Source: Aquificaceae bacterium
Lineage (GTDB): Bacteria > Aquificota > Aquificia > Aquificales > Aquificaceae
Assembly: GCA_041640635.1 (NCBI GenBank)
Contig: JBEPZX010000004.1
Coordinates: forward strand, 1 to 64,000
Length of the DNA: 64,000 nt
Reading direction: 5' to 3'
Under the pieces are notes generated by a model that was not told where the DNA came from, did no database searches, and was given only the letters and a program-made list of their open reading frames with translations. Both the position numbers and the translations under genes were made by a program. Positions 49,677-60,412 of this stretch are shown here, in pieces (position 1 is the first letter of the stretch; every line of letters begins with the position of its first letter).

Positions 49677-50213
49677 ATGGCTGCTATAAATTCTAATGGT
49701 TTCGTTACTACTACTGTAGATGAACTTTTGAGATGGGGAAGGAGAAACGCTTTGTGGCCAGTTACCATAGGACTTGCTTGTTGTGCTATAGAAATGATGC
49801 ACGCTGCAGCTTCTCGTTTTGATTTAGATAGATTAGGTGTTATATTTAGAGCTTCTCCAAGACAGGCAGATGTCTTAATTGTAGCAGGTACAGTTGTAAA
49901 CAAGGTTGCTCCTATGTTAAAACTCATATGGGAACAAATGCCAGATCCCAAATGGTGTATAACCATGGGTGGTTGCGCATCCGCAGGTGGTCCATTCCCA
50001 ACTTACGCAACATTACAAGGCATGGATAGAATAATTCCAGTAGATGTTTACATTCCAGGTTGTCCTCCACATCCGCAAGGTTTGATATATGGCATACTTC
50101 AACTTCAAAAGAAGATAAAAGAGCAAGGAGTTCGTAAATACGACAAAGCTTTTGAAGAATTCAACAGAGAGATAAGAAAACAAGGCTTGATCCCGCAAGA
50201 AATAACCGTGTAA
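49677..50213 (+). CDS. nuoB: NADH-quinone oxidoreductase subunit B
   Basis: [31 protein letters not shown]. Confidence 0.98.
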   Translation: MAAINSNGFVTTTVDELLRWGRRNALWPVTIGLACCAIEMMHAAASRFDLDRLGVIFRASPRQADVLIVAGTVVNKVAPMLKLIWEQMPDPKWCITMGGCASAGGPFPTYATLQGMDRIIPVDVYIPGCPPHPQGLIYGILQLQKKIKEQGVRKYDKAFEEFNREIRKQGLIPQEITV

Positions 50214-50223
50214 GAGGTATATT

Positions 50224-51981
50224 ATGCCTTGGATAAACAAAGCAAGTATAGAGAGGGTTCTGAGCGTTTTTAGGCAAGCAAAGGTAAACGAAACTCCCAA
50301 AAGTGTAAGCTTTGAAGTTCCCAATTCTGAAATCATTTCCTTTCTGGAATATCTGAAGACAAAAGAAGGTTTCAAACATTTTATAGACCATACGTGTATA
50401 GATTTTCCTCAATCAAAGGACAGGTTTCAAGCTGTATACATACTTTACAATCCAGATACAAACGAAAGAGTCATAATTAAATCTTGGGCAAAAGACAACA
50501 AACTTCCTAGCTTGATAAAGCTTTGGGAATGCAGTAAATGGGCAGAAAGAGAAAGCTACGATATGTTTGGTGTGGACTACGAAGGGCATGAAAATCTAAG
50601 AAGAATGTTCATGTGGGAAGGTTACCCTTACCATCCATTGAGGAAAGACTTTCCTTTAGGTGGCTTTCCAGAAGTAGAATTGCCATCTCTGACAGAGGTA
50701 ATGTCGGGAAGAACTACACCACCAAGCCATGACTACGAAATACTCCATACAAAAGTAGCTACCTTGGAAGACATAGAAAGGACGGAAAAATCGAGGCTTA
50801 AGAAAAAAGCGCAGCTTGTTCTCAACTGGGGTCCATTGCATCCTGGAACTCATGGTACCATTTGGTTTCTTTTTGACTTGGATGGGGAGAAAGTAGTTCA
50901 AAGTGATGTAATTCTTGGACAACTTCATAGAGGAATGGAAAAGATCGCCGAAAATGTTTACTACTTCCAGTTTTTACCATACACAGATAGAATGGATTAT
51001 ATATCCGCCATATGCAACGAATTAGCTTACGTTACAGCTGTAGAGAAGCTTCTGGACGTAGATGTACCAGAAAAAGCTAGATACATAAGAACCATGTTTG
51101 CAGAACTACAAAGGATAAACTCTCACTTACTTTGGCTTGGTACAGGTGCACTGGATTTAGGGGCTTTGACCGTATTCTTGTACGCTTTTAGAGAAAGAGA
51201 AAAGATAATGGACATAATAGAAGGAAATGCAGGTTTTAGGCTTACTACAGCTTTCTTACGTATAGGCGGGCTGCATTACGATTTAGCTGAAGGTACCTTG
51301 GACGTAGTAAAGGCTTTTGTTCAGGACTTTCCAAACAGATTAAAGGAGTACCACCAACTTCTCACAAGAAATAGAATATGGTTAAGAAGGACCAAGGAAG
51401 TTGGAATAATTTCCAGAGAGGATGTCTTCAATTATGGACTTACAGGTCCAGTAGCCCGTGCATCTGGTGTTCCCTACGATATAAGAAAGGTAGAACCTTA
51501 CGCAGCTTATGATGAGGTAGATTTTGATATTCCGGTAGGCGAAGTAGGTGACGTCTACGATAGATACCTAGTAAGAATGGAAGAGATGGTGCAAAGCATT
51601 AGGATAATAGAGCAGTGTGTTGCCAAATTAGAAAAATTGCCCAAATCGGCACCTTACATAAATAAACAGCACCCAGCTGTTATGGCTCCAAAAGAAGACG
51701 TATTCAATGATCTTGAAGATATGGTTAAAAACTTTCGCATCGTGGTACATGGAGAAAGCGCTCCACCTGGTGAAGTGTATGCAAGTGGTGAGAACCCAAG
51801 AGGTGAATTGGGTTTTTATATATACTCAACAGGTGGTTCAAGACCTCACAGATTACGTATCAGATCTGGAGCCCTCTACAACCTTTCCATATTTCCTAAA
51901 CTCATAGAAGGTAGAACCATAGCAGATGCAATAGCTTTGCTTGGAAGTTTAGATCCTGTAGTTGGAGAAACGGACAGATAG
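50224..51981 (+). CDS. nuoCD: fused NADH-quinone oxidoreductase subunit C/D
   Basis: ERE.YDMFG..., HPLRKDFP (C); NWGPLHPGTHG, HRGMEK, DRMDY, ENPRGELG, DPVVGETDR (D). Confidence 0.97.
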   Translation: MPWINKASIERVLSVFRQAKVNETPKSVSFEVPNSEIISFLEYLKTKEGFKHFIDHTCIDFPQSKDRFQAVYILYNPDTNERVIIKSWAKDNKLPSLIKLWECSKWAERESYDMFGVDYEGHENLRRMFMWEGYPYHPLRKDFPLGGFPEVELPSLTEVMSGRTTPPSHDYEILHTKVATLEDIERTEKSRLKKKAQLVLNWGPLHPGTHGTIWFLFDLDGEKVVQSDVILGQLHRGMEKIAENVYYFQFLPYTDRMDYISAICNELAYVTAVEKLLDVDVPEKARYIRTMFAELQRINSHLLWLGTGALDLGALTVFLYAFREREKIMDIIEGNAGFRLTTAFLRIGGLHYDLAEGTLDVVKAFVQDFPNRLKEYHQLLTRNRIWLRRTKEVGIISREDVFNYGLTGPVARASGVPYDIRKVEPYAAYDEVDFDIPVGEVGDVYDRYLVRMEEMVQSIRIIEQCVAKLEKLPKSAPYINKQHPAVMAPKEDVFNDLEDMVKNFRIVVHGESAPPGEVYASGENPRGELGFYIYSTGGSRPHRLRIRSGALYNLSIFPKLIEGRTIADAIALLGSLDPVVGETDR

Positions 51982-51990
51982 GAGGGATAG

Positions 51991-52995
51991 ATGCTTTTGG
52001 ATATCTTCATCACTATCGTAAAAGTGGTTATCACTTTAGGTGTCTTCTTAGGTTTAGGTGCCTATCTTACATGGTTTGAAAGAAAGTTAGCAGGTCACAT
52101 ACAAGCAAGAATGGGTCCAAAATTGGTTGGACCTTTTGGTTTATTGCAACCTTTAGCAGATGGTGTAAAACTCCTCACAAAAGAATCTGTAATTCCAAAC
52201 AACGCAGATAAGGTAGTATATTACCTGGCTGTAATCTTGGCACTTACACCAGCGATACTACTATTTGCAGTGATTCCCTTCGGTCCTTCTTTTGAGATCT
52301 TTGGAAAAGAAATAAAACCTATTATTGCAGATGTAAACATAGCCTTGCTTTTTGTGTTTGCTATGGGATCTCTAGCTGTTTATGGGACTATATTTTCAGG
52401 CTGGGCATCCAACTCCAAATACGCTTTTATAGGTTCCTTGAGAAAAGCAGCTGTCATTATAGCCTATGAAGTAGTACTTGGTTTTTCTGTGCTTGGCGTG
52501 ATTCTTCTTTCTGGAACCATGAGCACCACAGGCATAGTAGAAGCGCAAATACAAAGAGGAGTATGGAACATAGTTCTTCAACCCGTAGCTTTCATACTTT
52601 TTCTTTTCTGTATGTTAGCTGAGTCAGGAAGAGTTCCCTTTGATATCCAAGAAGCAGAAGCGGAGCTTGTAACCGGATACAACGTAGAGTATGGTGGAAT
52701 GCGCTTCGGCGTCTTCCCCCTTGCTGAGTGGTATCTAAACGTAATGGCTCTTTCTGCAATAGCTGTGGTTCTATTCTTTGGTGGTTGGTCTGGTCCCAAC
52801 ATACTTGGTCCTTTGTCTCCATACTTTTGGTTTGTTTTTAAGATGTTTGCCTTAGTTTTCTTTGTTCTCTGGTTGCATTGGACACTCCCAAGATTTCAAG
52901 CAAAGGACATAACAGAAATAGCCTGGAAAATTATGCTACCTATAGCTATAATCAATACGGTTGTTACCTCTGTGGTTTACTACTTTGTTGCTTAA
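51991..52995 (+). CDS. nuoH: NADH-quinone oxidoreductase subunit H
   Basis: ERKLAG.IQ.R.GP, QPLADGVKL..KE, AESGRVPFD..EAEAEL..GYNVEY. Confidence 0.98.
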   Translation: MLLDIFITIVKVVITLGVFLGLGAYLTWFERKLAGHIQARMGPKLVGPFGLLQPLADGVKLLTKESVIPNNADKVVYYLAVILALTPAILLFAVIPFGPSFEIFGKEIKPIIADVNIALLFVFAMGSLAVYGTIFSGWASNSKYAFIGSLRKAAVIIAYEVVLGFSVLGVILLSGTMSTTGIVEAQIQRGVWNIVLQPVAFILFLFCMLAESGRVPFDIQEAEAELVTGYNVEYGGMRFGVFPLAEWYLNVMALSAIAVVLFFGGWSGPNILGPLSPYFWFVFKMFALVFFVLWLHWTLPRFQAKDITEIAWKIMLPIAIINTVVTSVVYYFVA

Positions 52996-53098
52996 CAGAC
53001 TCTGTAAATTTCAGTATATATTACCGATTTTATTAAAGGCATGTTACCTTTTCGTTTAAAAAAGCTTGAGGACATCTTACACAAATTACTCTTAATAA

Positions 53099-54088
53099 CT
53101 ACCCCTTCGCTAATTTCTCTAATTCTGAGATCTTATCTTGTTCCCCTATAACTATTAGGATGTCACCCTCTTTAATAACGGTATCAGGTTTAGGATTGAA
53201 TTTTATTTTACCATCTGACCTTTTTATTCCCATAACAATCACTCCCTTAATACCGCTCTGAGCTATAGTTTTATTCACTAAGTCTGACATTGCATATACT
53301 CTAACTTCTTCCATCTGGATATCTGAGTATTCTGAATGCGTAGCAAACTCAAGGAATTCAACAACCGTAGGTCTCAAAATAAGATGGGCTATTCTTAATC
53401 CACCGATAAGGTATGGTGACACAACGCGATCTGCTCCCGCTCTTTTTAGTTTTCTCTCATTGGCTTTATCTATGGCTCTTGAGACTATAAATAAGTTTGG
53501 ATTTAAATCACGAGCTGTTAGTACAACATATAGATTTTCAGCTTCTGAAGATAAAACGGATATTAAACCCTTTGCCTTTTCTATACCAGCCAACTTGAGC
53601 ATTTCATCTTTTGTGGCGTCTCCTATTATGTAATAAATATCTTCGTCCTCTGGAATAACGCTTTTGTCCTTTTCTATAATAACAGTAGGAATGTTGTTTG
53701 ATTTCAGTTCCTTAAAAATAATACTTCCCATTCTACCAAAACCGCATATAATATAATGATCCCTTAATTGCTCAATTTTTTTCTTCATTTTCCTCTCTCT
53801 GAATAGCTCTTTAATCTCTCCCTCAATTATAATTCTTATTCCTTCCGTTATGGAGTATGTAAATACACCAAAACCAGCAAATATAAGGAAAATTGTAAAA
53901 ATCTTACCTTCTTGATCTAAGTCTTTTACTTCCTTATATCCGACTGTCGCCAATGTAATTACGGTCATATAAAGAGCATCTAAGAATTTCATACCTTCGA
54001 TAGTAATGTAGCCAAAAGTTCCAAAGGATATAACTAATATTAGCAAAGCTAGCAAAAATACTAAACGCTTCGCTAGGTTTTTGTTCAT
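53099..54088 (-). CDS. potassium channel with RCK (TrkA-N/TrkA-C) domains
   Basis: Two TM helices with TLATVGY filter, IICGFGRMG, GDAT, C-terminal RCK_C. Confidence 0.93.
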   Translation of the reverse strand: MNKNLAKRLVFLLALLILVISFGTFGYITIEGMKFLDALYMTVITLATVGYKEVKDLDQEGKIFTIFLIFAGFGVFTYSITEGIRIIIEGEIKELFRERKMKKKIEQLRDHYIICGFGRMGSIIFKELKSNNIPTVIIEKDKSVIPEDEDIYYIIGDATKDEMLKLAGIEKAKGLISVLSSEAENLYVVLTARDLNPNLFIVSRAIDKANERKLKRAGADRVVSPYLIGGLRIAHLILRPTVVEFLEFATHSEYSDIQMEEVRVYAMSDLVNKTIAQSGIKGVIVMGIKRSDGKIKFNPKPDTVIKEGDILIVIGEQDKISELEKLAKG

Positions 54089-54114
54089 ATATCAAAAAAA
54101 TTATAATAAGATTT

Positions 54115-56220
54115 ATGAAAGAAAATATTGAGGAAATACCAATAGAAAATACAGAGTCAAGGATTATTCATCTTTTAAAAAAAAGCAAGTCAGGTCTTGG
54201 TTTTAATCAAATATGCAAAAGGCTTAATATTGACAAATCTGAAAGGAAACAACTAAAAAAAACTCTAAAAAAGCTCAAAAAAGAAGGAATTCTTAGAATA
54301 GAAAGAGGAAAGTACACACTGGAAAAAGAGGAAACCGTTGTAGGTTCAGTTTTAGCTTACCCTGCAGGCTTTGGCTTCTTACACATAGGTGAGAATGAAA
54401 AGGATATATATATACCACCTTTTGAAATGCTAAGATTATTTTCTAATGATAAAGTAGAGGCAAAGATTGTAGAGTACAAAGGCAAAAAAGAAGTAAGAAT
54501 ATTGAAAGTTTTAGAGCGGGCAAAAAAGGAAGTTGTTTGTAAGGTGCAAAAAAATAAAAAGTGTTACGGCATTCCCATAGATGAAAATTCACATCAAAAG
54601 ATAGTTTTAGATCCATCAGTGTGTGAAACTCTAAAAAATGGTACTTTGGTAGTTATACAGATAGAAAAGTACCCTACCAAAAAATCCCCCGCTCATGGAT
54701 CTGTTAAGAAGGTGTTGGGACATCCTAAAGAAAAGTTGATGATCATAGATGCTTTGATTTACAAATACAATCTACCTACCGAGTATCCAAAGGATGCACT
54801 TAAAGAATTAGAATACATAAAGCTTGACATAGAGGAAGAAGCAAAAAGAAGACAAGACCTTAGACATCAACTATGTTTTACCATAGATCCAGAAAAAGCG
54901 AGAGACTTTGATGATGCAGTGGCTATTGAAAAACTTAGTGATGGTAGCTATAGACTTTGGGTTCACATAGCTGATGTCTCTTATTTTGTAAAAGAAGGGA
55001 GCAAAATAGACCAAGAAGCCTTTAAAAGAGGTTTTACTTTCTACCTTCCAGACAGAGCTATTCATATGCTACCAGAAAAGCTTTCAGCAGATCTGTGTAG
55101 TTTAAAACCTGGAGAGGATAGGCTAACCTTCACATGTGAAATGTTTTTTGACCAAAAAGGTAATCTCTTAGACTATAAAATCTACGAAAGCGTTATAAAG
55201 AGCAAAGCAAGACTCACTTATAACGAAGCTTTAAATCTCATAGTTGGCGATCCTGCATTAGAAAGAAAGTATCCCCATCTCGTAAAATCACTAAGACATA
55301 TGGAAGATCTATATAGAATACTATCCAAAAGACGATGGGATATGGGAAGTATAGACTTCGACTTGCCAGAAACAGAGTTGGTAATTGATGAATATGGAGA
55401 ACCTGTGGCTGTAAAACCTTACGAAAGGCATATAGCTCATAAAATAATAGAGCAGTTCATGGTGCATGCCAATGAAACGGTTGCTATGTACTTAGAAAGC
55501 AAAGGATACCCTTGCATTTACAGAGTGCATGAACCACCAGATATGGAAAGAGTAGAAAAACTCGTAGAAATATTATCAGGACTTGGATACAAAGTTAAGA
55601 ATATTTCCTTAGAACCTAGGTTCTTTCAAAAGATAATAGAGGATTTTGAAGGAAGGGAAGAAGAAAATTTGGTTAGGTTTTTGACATTGAGAGCTATGAA
55701 AAGAGCTGTATACTCTCCACACAATTTGGGACATTTTGGCTTGGCTTCTCAGCATTATGCTCATTTCACATCGCCAATAAGGCGCTATCCTGACATAATA
55801 GTTCACAGACTACTGAAAAAAGCCTTAAAAGATGAAGAAATAAAATACGATAGAGTATTGTCTTACTTGGACATGGCTGGTCAACATCTTTCTAAACAAG
55901 AACGCTTAGCAGAAGAAGTAGAAAGAGAAGCAATAGATCTATTAAAAGTTCGGTTTATGAGGTCTTTTTTAGGCGAAGATTTTGAAGGAATAATAACTGG
56001 AGTTATGCCTTACGGGTTTTTTGTAGAGATAAAAGAGTATCTTGTTGAAGGTCTGGTAAACATAACGCTTTTAAAAGATGATGACTACGTATACGACGAA
56101 TCTTTTCATAGAATTGTAGGGATAACAACGGGAAAAGTTTATAGACTTGGAGACATGGTAAGGGTAAAGATAATAAAAGTTGATGAAGATAGAGGAAGGT
56201 TAGATTTGGATCTAGTTTAA
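54115..56220 (+). CDS. rnr: ribonuclease R
   Basis: TIDPEKARDFDDA, HIADVS, HFTSPIRRYPD...HR, C-terminal S1 domain. Confidence 0.97.
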   Translation: MKENIEEIPIENTESRIIHLLKKSKSGLGFNQICKRLNIDKSERKQLKKTLKKLKKEGILRIERGKYTLEKEETVVGSVLAYPAGFGFLHIGENEKDIYIPPFEMLRLFSNDKVEAKIVEYKGKKEVRILKVLERAKKEVVCKVQKNKKCYGIPIDENSHQKIVLDPSVCETLKNGTLVVIQIEKYPTKKSPAHGSVKKVLGHPKEKLMIIDALIYKYNLPTEYPKDALKELEYIKLDIEEEAKRRQDLRHQLCFTIDPEKARDFDDAVAIEKLSDGSYRLWVHIADVSYFVKEGSKIDQEAFKRGFTFYLPDRAIHMLPEKLSADLCSLKPGEDRLTFTCEMFFDQKGNLLDYKIYESVIKSKARLTYNEALNLIVGDPALERKYPHLVKSLRHMEDLYRILSKRRWDMGSIDFDLPETELVIDEYGEPVAVKPYERHIAHKIIEQFMVHANETVAMYLESKGYPCIYRVHEPPDMERVEKLVEILSGLGYKVKNISLEPRFFQKIIEDFEGREEENLVRFLTLRAMKRAVYSPHNLGHFGLASQHYAHFTSPIRRYPDIIVHRLLKKALKDEEIKYDRVLSYLDMAGQHLSKQERLAEEVEREAIDLLKVRFMRSFLGEDFEGIITGVMPYGFFVEIKEYLVEGLVNITLLKDDDYVYDESFHRIVGITTGKVYRLGDMVRVKIIKVDEDRGRLDLDLV

Positions 56221-56243
56221 ATAAAACTTTAGTGGAGGAGAAC

Positions 56244-57548
56244 ATGAAAATTACAGTTGTTGGTGGTGGCTATGTAGGCATCACTACTGCCGTATGCTTT
56301 GCCCATCTTGGTAACCAAGTTATGGTGGTAGAAAAGATTGAAGAAAAAGTAGATATGTTGAGAAAAGGTATACCTCCCATTTATGAGCCAGGTTTGGAAG
56401 AGCTCCTCAAAGATAACTTAGAAAAGGGCAAAATAAGTTTTACAATGGATTTAAGTGAAGGTATCTCTTTCTCTGATGTAATATTTATATGCGTAGGTAC
56501 ACCTCAAAATCCCGACGGCTCTGCCGATCTTTCGCAAGTAGAAGAGGTCGCAAGAGAAACAGCAAAAGTCATGAATTCTTATAAGCTACTCATAGAAAAA
56601 TCCACTGTACCGGTGAACACCCATAAACTTATAAAGAGAACAGTCAATAGGTATTTAAAAAACAACATAGACTTCGATGTAGCATCAAATCCAGAATTTC
56701 TAAGGGAAGGAAGCGCTATAAAGGATTTTTTAGAGCCAGATAGAATAGTAATAGGTATAGAAAGCGATAGAGCCAAAGAAGTATTCTTGGAGCTATACAA
56801 GGACTTTCAATGCCCCATCATCTTTACAGATCCTGCTACTGCAGAAATCATAAAACATGCATCCAACACTTTTTTGGCAATGAAAATTTCCTTCATAAAC
56901 ATGGTTGCAGATCTTTGTGAAAAAACAGGTGCTAATGTAAGAGTAGTAGCCCAAGGGATGGGATACGACAAAAGGATAGGGAGAGAATTTTTAAATGCTG
57001 GTATTGGTTGGGGAGGAAGCTGTTTTCCAAAAGATGTGAAAGCATTCTATAGAATAGGATTAGATTACGGCGTTGATTTCTCTTTGGTGAAAGAGGTAGA
57101 AAAAATAAATGAAAGACGCATAGATCATTTTATCGACATGATTAAAAACGTTATATGGAGTGTTAAAGGGAAGACTTTAGCTGTGTGGGGATTAGCTTTT
57201 AAACCTAACACTGACGATATCAGAGAAGCTCCGTCTATAAAAATAATATCTAGACTACTAAAAGAAGGCGCATACATAAAGGCTTATGATCCAAAAGCTA
57301 TGGAAAACTTTAAAAAATTGTTTCCACAAGGCAAGGACTTAATATACGTCAATGATCCTTATGAAGCTTTAAGAGGCTCGCAGGCTCTTCTTATACTTAC
57401 TGAATGGGATGAGTTTAAAAAAGCTAACTTATTAAAAATAAAGGAGAATCTTGAACTTCCAATTGTAATAGACGGTAGGAATGTATTTGATATACAAGAA
57501 ATGGAATCTTTAGGTTTTGAATACTATTGCGTAGGAAAAACTTCATGA
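56244..57548 (+). CDS. ugd: UDP-glucose/GDP-mannose dehydrogenase
   Basis: GGGYVG, CVGTP, KSTVP, NPEFLREG, GGSCFPKD, AFKPNTDDIRE. Confidence 0.96.
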   Translation: MKITVVGGGYVGITTAVCFAHLGNQVMVVEKIEEKVDMLRKGIPPIYEPGLEELLKDNLEKGKISFTMDLSEGISFSDVIFICVGTPQNPDGSADLSQVEEVARETAKVMNSYKLLIEKSTVPVNTHKLIKRTVNRYLKNNIDFDVASNPEFLREGSAIKDFLEPDRIVIGIESDRAKEVFLELYKDFQCPIIFTDPATAEIIKHASNTFLAMKISFINMVADLCEKTGANVRVVAQGMGYDKRIGREFLNAGIGWGGSCFPKDVKAFYRIGLDYGVDFSLVKEVEKINERRIDHFIDMIKNVIWSVKGKTLAVWGLAFKPNTDDIREAPSIKIISRLLKEGAYIKAYDPKAMENFKKLFPQGKDLIYVNDPYEALRGSQALLILTEWDEFKKANLLKIKENLELPIVIDGRNVFDIQEMESLGFEYYCVGKTS

Positions 57549-57569
57549 AATAAATCATATATTTTTTTG

Positions 57570-57597
57570 TTGACATTGTTTAAGAGTTTAATAATAT
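57570..57597 (+). promoter_or_regulatory. probable sigma70 promoter of the for operon
   Basis: TTGACA 57570-57575 and TAATAT 57592-57597. Confidence 0.55.
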
Positions 57598-57626
57598 TTA
57601 TATAAAGCCAAAACAGGAGGTTTAGT

Positions 57627-58337
57627 ATGACAAGAGTGTTACCCGGGCCATCCGGTTACATACCTACACCCGCAGCTTTCGAGGGTGTATCACTTCCACC
57701 ATCTGGAAAAGCATTGCTATATGGTGAAATAGTGAACGAAGAAACAGCTATGAGAGAGGCAGCTAAAGCAATGCTTACAAGAAAAAACCCTACTATCTTC
57801 CCTGGACCACTAGTTCTCTGGGGGTGGAATGCTCAAGCCATGGAAAAAGCAAAAGCTGTCTTAGAATTAGCTATGGAAATTCCAAATTGCAAGATAATAC
57901 CCATGCCAGATTATAGACCTAAGTATCCAAAAATAGACCCAGAAGCTGAAATAAACCCAAACCATCCAAACCTCACAATCTTGCACAATAGAATAGAAGC
58001 ATGTATTTTTGTGGGTGTACACTGTCACTATGCCAATTTGAGTCTTAGAATGATAAGAGCCGGTACTAATTGCTTCACTATAGCTCTGTGTGCAGAGATG
58101 GGACACGAAGATGCCATGGTATCTCTAAGAGATGTACATGCAGATGAGATAAGAAAGTTTAAAGATGTTATTATACAAGTAAGAAATGAGTTGGGTATAC
58201 AGTGGGAACCCAAACTTCCACCAGAAAACCCATCTCTACCCAAGGAAAACTACGAAACCTTATCTGTGTTGGATTATGGAGAATACTCATATCTTCTCAT
58301 ACCTAGAAGAGGTGAAACTGTAACTGAGAGTGAATAA
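57627..58337 (+). CDS. forD: five-subunit 2-oxoacid:ferredoxin oxidoreductase delta subunit
   Basis: NPTIFPGP, IPMPDYRPKYP...INPNHPNLTI, GVHCHYAN; first gene of a D-A-B-G-E order. Confidence 0.8.
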   Translation: MTRVLPGPSGYIPTPAAFEGVSLPPSGKALLYGEIVNEETAMREAAKAMLTRKNPTIFPGPLVLWGWNAQAMEKAKAVLELAMEIPNCKIIPMPDYRPKYPKIDPEAEINPNHPNLTILHNRIEACIFVGVHCHYANLSLRMIRAGTNCFTIALCAEMGHEDAMVSLRDVHADEIRKFKDVIIQVRNELGIQWEPKLPPENPSLPKENYETLSVLDYGEYSYLLIPRRGETVTESE

Positions 58338-58355
58338 CAAAAAGGAGGTAATATT

Positions 58356-59525
58356 ATGCCAGAACAAAAAGTTGTAGATACTGATTATCTTTTACTTTCT
58401 GCACCTCGTGAAAAAAAGTTCATCACGGGTGCGCAAGCTATGGCAGAAGCAGTAAAAAGAGCTAATGTAGACGTAGCCATAGCCTATCCTATAACTCCCC
58501 AATCCGAAGTTATGCACTTAGTAGGTGATATATGGGCTCAAGGTTATTTAAAGGATTACTATAGAGCGGAAGAAGAATACGGTGCCATGTCTGCTATAGC
58601 TGGTGCTGTGAGAGGTGGAGCAAGAGCCTTTTCTGCAACGTCTGGACCAGGTCTTTTAAGAGGTCTTGAGGCTATTGTTTCTTGGCCAGGACACAGGATA
58701 CCGGCTGTATTAGGTGTTTTAACAAGAGTGGTAAACGCCCCACTTTCTATACAACCGGACAATGTAGAAATAGCATACTTACTTCATTCGGGAATGGTAG
58801 TTCTACATGCAGAAAACCAACAGGACGTTTTTGACTTTACATTGGCAAGCTTTGCCATATCAGAAATGGTTGATGTATACATACCTATAGCTGTATGTAC
58901 GGAAGGATTTTTCGTTACACACGCAAAAGGTTACGTAAATATGACACCAGAGGATATGAAACTGCCTCCGAGAGATCCTTATAAAGCTCCAGTTCCTCCA
59001 ACGGACTGTGAAATACCACCAGCAAGAATACAAAGAGATGCTCCAGTTCAAAAATCCAACTTTATGAGTTACCTAATCCATGCTGTATGGCAACAGGAAA
59101 TATGGGCATCCAATATAAGAGCAATGAAGTATATATACAAGTATCTTGGTGGTCCCATAGAGGTTGTTAACCCCGATGCTGAGGTATTCGTTTTGGCATC
59201 AGGTTGTGCAGCAGCTCAGGGAAGAGAAGCTGTCAGATACGCTCAGCTTGAAGGTCTAAACGTAGGACTAGTAAAGGTAAAATCTATAAGACCTTTCCCT
59301 GAAAAGGAAATAAGAGAAGTCTTAAAGAATGCCAAAGCAGTAATAATACCAGAGCACAATATAGTAGGTTGGCTTGCCAAAGAAGTAAAAGCAGCTATAC
59401 CAGACAGTGATAAAGTTGTGGGTGGTCCTAGGGTTTACGGAGGTATGACTCTTCCGGTAGAACTTATAATGGAGGAGATCTACAAAGCCTTAGGAATTAA
59501 GAAGGAAAGGAAAGTGGTTGTATAA
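58356..59525 (+). CDS. forA: 2-oxoacid:ferredoxin oxidoreductase alpha subunit
   Basis: AYPITPQSE, ATSGPG, IRPFP. Confidence 0.88.
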   Translation: MPEQKVVDTDYLLLSAPREKKFITGAQAMAEAVKRANVDVAIAYPITPQSEVMHLVGDIWAQGYLKDYYRAEEEYGAMSAIAGAVRGGARAFSATSGPGLLRGLEAIVSWPGHRIPAVLGVLTRVVNAPLSIQPDNVEIAYLLHSGMVVLHAENQQDVFDFTLASFAISEMVDVYIPIAVCTEGFFVTHAKGYVNMTPEDMKLPPRDPYKAPVPPTDCEIPPARIQRDAPVQKSNFMSYLIHAVWQQEIWASNIRAMKYIYKYLGGPIEVVNPDAEVFVLASGCAAAQGREAVRYAQLEGLNVGLVKVKSIRPFPEKEIREVLKNAKAVIIPEHNIVGWLAKEVKAAIPDSDKVVGGPRVYGGMTLPVELIMEEIYKALGIKKERKVVV

Positions 59526-59545
59526 AAAATTAAGGAGGTGTTAAC

Positions 59546-60412
59546 ATGGGCTTAGAATATGTAAAAATATCACCAGGTTTTGAAAAATATATGCCAAAGG
59601 ATTACGTAGATTTGGTGCAATACGGACAATTTGGAAAACAAGTTGATATACAACAACTTGGACAATTTAAAGAGCTCGTAGAAGAGCACCCAATGTGTGC
59701 AGGATGCTTTATGGCATACTTTATAAGAGTTTTTTATGCATCCTTGCCTAAACCCGAAGATACCATAGTCATAGGTACAGCAGGTTGTGCCAGGTTGTCT
59801 CTTTCTCAAGCTGCTGTTCCTTTCATATATGGAAATTATGGTGACACAAATGCTGTAGCATCTGGCTTAAAAAGAGCTTTAAACATTAGGTTCCCTGATA
59901 GAGAAAAAGATGTGGTGGTTATAGCTGGAGATGGTGGTCTTATAGATATAGGCTTTGGAATGACTATGCATTCTTGGTTCAGAAGAGAGCGCTTTACAAC
60001 CATAATGGTAGATAACGAAGTATATGGAAACACAGGTGGTCAAGAGAGTGGAATGTCTCCAAAAGGTGTACAATTAAAAATGGCACCAAAGGGAAAGCAA
60101 TTTGATAAGATAAATGCTGTAGAGCTTGCTCAAACAGCAGGATGCGTTTACGTAGCAAGGATATCTCCTACCAATCCTAAGAGGATAGCTAAAACCGTAA
60201 AAAGAGCTATTCTAGCAGCAAGACACTTTGGTCCTACATTTATACACGCCTACACATCCTGTAACATAGAGTACTCAATACCTACAGAAAAAGTTCTTGA
60301 AGATGCAAGAAAGAGGGAAAAGCAAGACTTCGCCTTTTACGAGTGGATGACGGATGAAGTTAAAGAGTACTTTGAAGAGATAGAGGGTGTAGGACAGGAG
60401 GTAAAACAATGA
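59546..60412 (+). CDS. forB: 2-oxoacid:ferredoxin oxidoreductase beta (TPP-binding) subunit
   Basis: MCAGC, TAGC, AGDGG..DIG, DNEVYGNTGGQ.S. Confidence 0.88.
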   Translation: MGLEYVKISPGFEKYMPKDYVDLVQYGQFGKQVDIQQLGQFKELVEEHPMCAGCFMAYFIRVFYASLPKPEDTIVIGTAGCARLSLSQAAVPFIYGNYGDTNAVASGLKRALNIRFPDREKDVVVIAGDGGLIDIGFGMTMHSWFRRERFTTIMVDNEVYGNTGGQESGMSPKGVQLKMAPKGKQFDKINAVELAQTAGCVYVARISPTNPKRIAKTVKRAILAARHFGPTFIHAYTSCNIEYSIPTEKVLEDARKREKQDFAFYEWMTDEVKEYFEEIEGVGQEVKQ

